A stretch of DNA of 64,000 nt from Eledone cirrhosa (taxonomy: Eukaryota), in assembly GCA_964016885.1 (NCBI GenBank), contig OZ024742.1:13888001-13952000 (forward strand), read 5' to 3'. Positions within the stretch are counted from its first letter, which is position 1. Every line of letters starts with the position of its first letter. Under the pieces are notes generated by a model. That model searched no databases. It worked only from the letters and a program-made list of their open reading frames with translations, and was not told the origin of the DNA. Made by a program: the position numbers and the translations under genes. Shown piece by piece: positions 56,201 to 64,000 of this stretch.

Positions 56201-59200
56201 CTTAGTCTAGCCTCAATGTGAGACCTAACCCTAGAAGTGACCACCTGACCTAGTCTAGCCTCAATGTGAGACTATCTAACCCAAGAAGTGACCACCTGAC
56301 CTAGTCTAGCCTCAATTTGAGACTAGCTAACCCAAGAAGTGACCACCTGACCTAGTGTAACCTCAATTTGAGACCTAACCCTAGAAGTGACCACCTGACC
56401 TACTTTAGCCTCAATGTGAGACCATCTAACCCTAGAAGTGACCACCTGACCTAGTGTAAACCGAATGTGAAACCTAACCCAAGAAGTGACCACCTGACCT
56501 ACTCTAGCCTGAATGTGAGACGATCTAACCCAAGAAGTGACCACCTGACCTAGTGTAACCTCAATGAGACCTAACCCTAGAAGTGACCATCTGACCTAGT
56601 CTAGTCTCAATGTGAGACCTAGCCCTAGAAGTGACCACCTGACCTAGTCTAGCCTCAATGTGAGACTTCTAACCCTAGAAGTGACAACCTGACCTAGTGT
56701 AAACCGAATATGAAACCTAACCCAAGAAGTGACCACCTGACCTACTCTAGCCTGAATGTGAGACGATCTAACCCAAGAAGTGACCACCTGACCTAGTGTA
56801 ACCTCAATGAGACCTAACCCTAGAAGTGACCATCTGACCTAGTCTAGCCTCAATGTGAGACTTCTAACCCTAGAAGTGACAACCTGACCTAGTGTAAACC
56901 GAATGTGAAACCTAACCCAAGAAGTGACCACCTGACCTACTCTAGCCTGAATGTGAGACGATCTAACCCAAGAAGTGACCACCTGACCTAGTGTAACCTC
57001 AATGAGACCTAACCCTAGAAGTGACCATCTGACCTAGTCTAGCCTCAATGTGAGACCTAACCCTAGAAGTGACCACCTGACCTCGTCTATCCATAATGTG
57101 AGACTATCTAACCCAAGAAGTGACCACCTGACCTCGTCTATCCATAATGTGAGACTATCTAACCCAAGAAGTGACCACCTGACCTAGCCTAGCCTCAATG
57201 TGAGATCTAACCTAAGAAGTGACCACCTGACCTAGTGTAACCTCAATGAGACCTAACCCTAGAAGTGACCACCTGACCTAGTCTAGCCTTAATGTGAGAC
57301 CATCTAACCCTAGAAGTGACCACCTTACCTAGTCTAGTCTCAATGTGAGACCTAACCCTAAAAGTGACCACCTGACCTAGTCTAGCCTCAATGTGAGACT
57401 TCTAACCCTAGAAGTGACAACCTGACCTAGTGTAAACTCAATGTGAAACCTAACCCAAGAAGTGACCACCTGACCTAGTCTAGCCTCAATGTGAGACGAT
57501 CTAACCCAAGAAGTGACCATCTGACCTAGTCTAGCTTCAATGTGAGACCTAGCCCTGGAAGTGATCACCTGACCTAATCTAGCCTCAATGTCAGACTATC
57601 TAACCCTAGAAGTGACCACCTGACCTAGTCTAGCTTCAATGTGAGACCTAACCCTAGAAGTGACCACCTGACCTAGTCTAGCCTCAATGTGAGACTATCT
57701 AACCCAACAAGTGACCACCTGACCTAGTCTAGCCTCATTTTGAGACTAGCTAACCCAAGAAGTGACCACCTGACGTAGTGTAACATCAATGTGAGACCTA
57801 ACCCTAGAAGTGACCACCTGACCTAGTCTAGCCTCAATCTGAGACCTAACCCAAGAAGTGACCACCTGACCTAGTGTAACCTCAATCTGAGACCTAACCC
57901 TAGAAGTGACCACCTGACCTAGTCTAGCCTCATTGTGAGACCTAATCCAAGAAGTGACCACCTGACCTAGGCTAACCTCAATGTGAGACCTAACCTTAGC
58001 AGTGACCACCTGACCTGGTCTAGCCTCAATGTGAGACCTAACCCTAGAAGTGACCACCTGACCTAGTCTAGCTTCAATGTGAGACCTAACCCTAGAAGTG
58101 ACCACCTGACTTAGTCTAGCCTCAATGTGAGACCTAACCCTAGAAGTGACCACCTGACCTAGTCTAGCCTCAATGTGAGACTATCTAACCCAAGAAGTGA
58201 CCACCTGACCTAGTCTAGCCTCAATTTGAGACTAGCTAACCCAAGAAGTGACCACCTGACCTAGTGTAACCTCAATTTGAGACCTAACCCTAGAAGTAAC
58301 CACCTGACCTACTTTAGCCTCAATGTGAGACCATCTAACCCTAGAAGTGACCACCTGACCTAGTCTAGGTTCGATGTGAGACCTAACCCTAGAAATGACC
58401 ACCTGACCTAGTCTAACCTCCAATGTGAGACCTAACCCTAGAAGTGACCACCTGACCTAGTCTAGTCTCAATGTGAGACCTAGCCCTAGAAGTGACCACC
58501 TGACCTAGTCTAGCCTCAATGTGAGACTTCTAACCCTAGAAGTGACAACCTGACCTAGTGTAAACCGAATATGAAACCTAACCCAAGAAGTGACCACCTG
58601 ACCTACTCTAGCCTGAATGTGAGACGATCTAACCCAAGAAGTGACCACCTGACCTAGTGTAACCTCAATGAGACCTAACCCTAGAAGTGACCATCTGACC
58701 TAGTCTAGCCTCAATGTGAGACCTAACCCTAGAAGTGACCACCTGACCTCGTCTATCCATAATGTGAGACTATCTAACCCAAGAAGTGACCACCTGACCT
58801 CGTCTATCCATAATGTGAGACTATCTAACCCAAGAAGTGACCACCTGACCTAGTCTAGCCTCAATGTGAGATGATCTAACCTAAGAAGTGACCACCTGAC
58901 CTAGTGTAACCTCAATGAGACCTAACCCTAGAAGTGACCACCTGACCTAGTCTAGTCTCAATGTGAGACCTAACCCTAAAAGTGACCACCTGACCTAGTC
59001 TAGCCTCAATGTGAGACTTCTAACCCTAGAAGTGACAACCTGACCTAGTGTAAACTCAATGTGAAACCTAACCCAAGAAGTGACCACCTGACCTAGTCTA
59101 GCCTCAATGTGAGACGATCTAACCCAAGAAGTGACCACCTGACCTAGTCTAGCTTCAATATGAAGCCTTCTAGCCCTGGAAGTGATCACCTGACCTAATC

Positions 59201-61950
59201 TAGCCTCAATGTCAGACTATCTAACCCTAGAAGTGACCACCTGACCTAGTCTAGCTTCAATGTGAGACCTAACCCTAGAAGTGACCACCTGACCTAGTCT
59301 AGCCTCAATGTGAGACTATCTAACCCAACAAGTGACCACCTGACCTAGTCTAGCCTCATTTTGAGACTAGCTAACCCAAGAAGTGACCACCTGACGTAGT
59401 GTAACATCAATGTGAGACCTAACCCTAGAAGTGACCACCTGACCTAGTCTAGCCTCAATCTGAGACCTAACCCAAGAAGTGACCACCTGACCTAGTGTAA
59501 CCTCAATCTGAGACCTAACCCTAGAAGTGACCACCTGACCTAGTCTAGCCTCATTGTGAGACCTAATCCAAGAAGTGACCACCTGACCTAGTCTAACCTC
59601 AATGTGAGACCTAACCTTAGCAGTGACCACCTGACCTGGTCTAGCCTCAATGTGAGACCTAACCCTAGAAGTGACCACCTGACCTAGTCTAGCTTCAATG
59701 TGAGACCTAACCCTAGAAGTGACCACCTGACTTAGTCTAGCCTCAATGTGAGACCTAACCCTAGAAGTGACCACCTGACCTAGTCTAGCCTCAATTTGAG
59801 ACTAGCTAACCCAAGAAGTGACCACCTGACCTAGTGTAACCTCAATTTGAGACCTAACCCTAGAAGTGACCACCTGACCTACTTTAGCCTCAATGTGAGA
59901 CCATCTAACCCTAGAAGTGACCACCTGACCTAGTCTAGGTTCGATGTGAGACCTAACCCTAGAAATGACCACCTGACCTAGTCTAGCCTCCAATGTGAGA
60001 CCTAACCCTAGAAGTGACCACCTGACCTAGTCTAGTCTCAATGTGAGACCTAGCCCTAGAAGTGACCACCTGACCTAGTCTAGCCTCAATGTGAGACTTC
60101 TAACCCTAGAAGTGACAACCTGACCTAGTGTAAACCGAATGTGAAACCTAACCCAAGAAGTGACCACCTGACCTACTCTAGCCTGAATGTGAGACGATCT
60201 AACCCAAGAAGTGACCACCTGACCTAGTGTAACCTCAATGAGACCTAACCCTAGAAGTGACCATCTGACCTAGTCTAGCCTCAATGTGAGACCTAACCCT
60301 AGAAGTGACCACCTGACCTCGTCTATCCATAATGTGAGACTATCTAACCCAAGAAGTGACCACCTGACCTCGTCTATCCATAATGTGAGACTATCTAACC
60401 CAAGAAGTGACCACCTGACCTAGTCTAGCCTCAATGTGAGATCTAACCTAAGAAGTGACCACCTGACCTAGTGTAACCTCAATGAGACCTAACCCTAGAA
60501 GTGACCACCTGACCTACTCTAGCCTTAATGTGAGACCATCTAACCCTAGAAGTGACCACCTTGCCTAGTCTAGTCTCAATGTGAGACCTAACCCTAAAAG
60601 TGACCACCTGACCTAGTCTAGCCTCAATGTGAGACTTCTAACCCTAGAAGTGACAACCTGACCTAGTGTAAACTCAATGTGAAACCTAACCCAAGAAGTG
60701 ACCACCTGACCTAGTCTAGCCTCAATGTGAGACGATCTAACCCAAGAAGTGACCATCTGACCTAGTCTAGCTTCAATGTGAGACCTTCTAGCCCTGGAAG
60801 TGATCACCTGACCTAATCTAGCCTCAATGTCAGACTATCTAACCCTAGAAGTGACCACCTGACCTAGTCTAGCTTCAATGTGAGACCTAACCCTAGAAGT
60901 GACCACCTGACCTAGTCTAGCCTCAATGTGAGACTATCTAACCCAACAAGTGACCACCTGACCTAGTCTAGCCTCATTTTGAGACTAGCTAACCCAAGAA
61001 GTGACCACCTGACGTAGTGTAACATCAATGTGAGACCTAACCCTAGAAGTGACCACCTGACCTAGTCTAGCCTCAATCTGAGACCTAACCCAAGAAGTGA
61101 CCACCTGACCTAGTGTAACCTCAATCTGAGACCTAACCCTAGAAGTGACCACCTGACCTAGTCTAGCCTCATTGTGAGACCTAATCCAAGAAGTGACCAC
61201 CTGACCTAGTCTAACCTCAATGTGAGACCTAACCTTAGCAGTGACCACCTGACCTGGTCTAGCCTCAATGTGAGACCTAACCCTAGAAGTGACCACCTGA
61301 CCTAGTCTAGCTTCAATGTGAGACCTAACCCTAGAAGTGACCACCTGACTTAGTCTAGCCTCAATGTGAGACCTAACCCTGGAAGTGACCACCTGACCTA
61401 GTCTAGCCTCAATGTGAGACTATCTAACCCAAGAAGTGACCACCTGACCTAGTCTAGCCTCAATTTGAGACTAGCTAACCCAAGAAGTGACCACCTGACC
61501 TAGTGTAACCTCAATTTGAGACCTAACCCTAGAAGTGACCACCTGACCTACTTTAGCCTCAATGTGAGACCATCTAACCCTAGAAGTGACCACCTGACCT
61601 AGTCTAGGTTCGATGTGAGACCTAACCCTAGAAATGACCACCTGACCTAGTCTAGCCTCCAATGTGAGACCTAACCCTAGAAGTGACCACCTGACCTAGT
61701 ATAGTCTCAATGTGAGACCTAGCCCTAGAAGTGACCACCTGACCTAGTCTAGCCTCAATGTGAGACTTCTAACCCTAGAAGTGACAACCTGACCTAGTGT
61801 AAACCGAATATGAAACCTAACCCAAGAAGTGACCACCTGACCTAGTGTAACCTCAATGAGACCTAACCCTAGAAGTGACCATCTGACCTAGTCTAGCCTC
61901 AATGTGAGACCTAACCCTAGAAGTGACCACCTGACCTCGTCTATCCATAA
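50250..61950. repeat. HOR domain C: seven related units spaced 1621/1909/1621/1909/1621/1618 bp, with a 3530-bp super-period
   Basis: The 135-aa ORF recurs at 50686, 52307, 54216, 55837, 57746, 59367 and 60985. Shared markers are AGCCCTGGAAGTGATC, CCAACAAG, CCTCATTTTG and GTAACATC. Confidence 0.94.
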
Positions 61951-64000
61951 TGTGAGACTATCTAACCCAAGAAGTGACCACCTGACCTAGTCTAGCCTCA
62001 ATGTGAGATGATCTAACCTAAGAAGTGACCACCTGACCTAGTGTAACCTCAATGAGACCTAACCCTAGAAGTGACCATCTGACCTAGTCTAGCCTCAATG
62101 TGAGACGATCTAACCGAAGAAGTGACCACCTGACCTAGTGTAACCTCAATGAGACCTAACCCTAGAAGTGACCACCTGACCTAGTCTAGCCTCAATGTGA
62201 GATCTAACCCTTGAAGTGACGACCTGACCTAGTCTAGCCTCAATGTGAGACTTCTAACCCTAGAAGTGACAACCTGACCTAGTGTAAACTCAATGTGAAA
62301 CCTAACCCAAGAAGTGACCACCTGACCTAGTCTAGCCTCAATGTGAGACGATCTAACCCAAGAAGTGACCACCTGACCTAGTGTAACCTCAATGAGACCT
62401 TCTAACCCTAGAAGTGACCATCTGACCTAGTCTAGCCTCAATGTGAGACCTAACCCTAGAAGTGACCACCTGACCTCGTCTATCCATAATGTGAGACTAT
62501 CTAACCCAAGAAGTGACCACCTGACCTAGTCTAGCCTCAATGTGAGACCCTCTAACCCTAGAAGAGACCACCTTACCTAGTCTAGCCTCAATGTGAGACC
62601 TAACCCTAGAAGTGACCACCTGACCTAGTCTAGCCTCAATGTGAGACCTAACCCTAGAAGTGACCACCTGACCTAGTCTAGCTTCAATGTGAGACCTAAC
62701 CCTAGAAGTGACCACCTGACCTAGTCTAGCCTCAATGTGAGACCTAACCCTAGAAGTGACCACCTGACCTAGTCTAGCCTCAATGTGAGACCTAACCCTA
62801 GAAGTGACCACCTGACCTAGTTTAGCCTCAACGTGAGACCATCTAACCCAAGAAGTGACCACCTGACCTAGTCTAGTCTCAATGTGAGACCTTCTAGCCC
62901 TGGAAGTGATCACCTGACCTAGTCTAGCCTCAATGTCAGACTATCTAACCCTAGAAGTGACCACCTGACCTAGTCTAGCTTCAATGTGAGACCTAACCCT
63001 AGAAGTGACCACCTGACCTAGTCTAGCCTCAATGTGAGACTATCTAACCCAACAAGTGACCACCTGACCTAGTCTAGCCTCAATTTGAGACTAGCTAGCC
63101 CAAGAAGTGACCACCTGACGTAGTGTAACATCAATGTGAGACCTAACCCTAGAAGTGACCACCTGACCTAGTCTAGCCTCAATCTGAGACCTAACCCAAG
63201 AAGTGACCACCTGACCTAGTGTAACCTCAATCTGAGACCTAACCCTAGAAGTGACCACCTGACCTGCTTTAGCCTCAATGTGAGACCATCTAACCCTAGA
63301 AGTGACCACCTGACCTAGTGTAACCTCAATGAGACCTAACCCTAGAAGTGACCACCTGACCTAGTCTAGCCTCAATGTGAGACCATCTAACCCTAGAAGT
63401 GACCACCTTACCTACTCTAGTCTCAATGTGAGACCTAACCCTAGAAGTGACCACCTGACCTAGTCTAGCCTCAATGTGAGACTTCTAACCCTAGAAGTGA
63501 CAACCTGACCTAGTGTAAACCGAATGTGAAACCTAACCCAAGAAGTGACCACCTGACCTAGTCTAGCCAGAATGTGAGACGATCTAACCCAAGAAGTGAC
63601 CACCTGACCTAGTGTAACCTCAATGAGACCTAACCCTAGAAGTGACCATCTGACCTAGTCTAGCCTCAATGTGAGACCTAACCCTAGAAGTGACCACCTG
63701 ACCTCGTCTATCCATAATGTGAGACTATCTAACCCAAGAAGTGACCACCTGACCTAGTCTAGCCTCAATGTGAGATGATCTAACCTAAGAAGTGACCACC
63801 TGACCTAGTGTAACCTCAATGAGACCTAACCCTAGAAGTGACCACCTGACCTAGTCTAGCCTTAATGAGACCTAACCCTAGAAGTGACCACCTGACCTAG
63901 TCTAGTTTCATTGTGAGACCTAACCCTAAAAGTGACCACCTGACCTAGTCTAGCCTCAATGTGAGACCATCTAACCCTAGAAGTGATTACCTTACCTAGT

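Larger units (their letters stand above)
1..64000. repeat. Tandem satellite array, 48-bp consensus monomer CCTAGTCTAGCCTCAATGTGAGACCTAACCCTAGAAGTGACCACCTGA with 46-51 bp and 28 bp variants (~1,300 copies)
   Basis: The monomer reads directly from base 1 to the window end in the same orientation. The 16-aa periodicity of all minus-strand ORFs confirms the 48-nt period. The array runs off both window edges. Confidence 0.99.

Noticed and set aside
205-63309. About 100 minus-strand ORFs encoding (VVTSRVRSHIEARLGQ)n, read as a repetitive basic protein family
   Set aside because: 48 bp is 16 codons with one frame stop-free by chance. Starts are mostly internal GTG/TTG codons. Frameshifting 46/47/49/50/28-bp monomers and stop-creating inserts (TAT gives minus-strand TAG) are fixed and amplified, so there is no sign of frame selection. 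Only Ribo-seq or proteomics could rescue this.
1-64000. CRISPR array
   Set aside because: No unique spacers: the entire period is conserved. No leader or cas genes.
1-64000. True telomerase-synthesised telomere tract
   Set aside because: No run of two or more full TTAGGG/TTAGG units. Variants are inherited in kb-scale blocks, indicating recombinational copying rather than template synthesis.
1-64000. Identification as the human 48-bp (CER/D22Z3) satellite or alpha satellite
   Set aside because: Only the 48-bp length matches CER; the sequence does not resemble either family as I recall them. No CENP-B box was seen. A Dfam search would settle it.
1-64000. G-quadruplex array on the minus strand
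   Set aside because: Only one GGG per monomer, the rest GG, so at most weak two-tetrad structures. No canonical G3 motif.
1-64000. Embedded transposon, inversion or unique insertion
   Set aside because: Every stretch read parses into same-orientation monomers, and the ORF track has no plus-strand or non-repetitive ORF.

Overview
The whole 64-kb window is one uninterrupted head-to-tail satellite array, with no inversion or unique DNA seen. It holds roughly 1,300 monomers. The consensus is 48 bp: CCTAGTCTAGCCTCAATGTGAGACCTAACCCTAGAAGTGACCACCTGA (50% GC, C/A-rich + strand, no CpG). Recurrent length variants are 46, 47, 49, 50, 51 and 28 bp. No genes, RNA genes, transposons or CRISPR arrays are supported. 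Every listed ORF is a by-product of one stop-free minus-strand frame of the 48-mer (VVTSRVRSHIEARLGQ). The interest lies in the architecture. Variant monomers come in a conserved order forming a ~1.1-2 kb base higher-order repeat (HOR). This was re-amplified into near-identical tandem blocks with periods of 4994/5092, 7376/7427, 3895, 778/781, 2002 and 1621+1909=3530 bp. Each consensus monomer carries a 10-nt match to (TTAGGG)n, which includes the TRF-type site YTAGGGTTR, and a nuclear-receptor-like DR2 overlapping an E-box. It looks like a eukaryotic subtelomeric or (peri)centromeric satellite, but I cannot name the family or species. Periods were derived from ORF-track offsets and by-eye marker comparison, so block boundaries are approximate.
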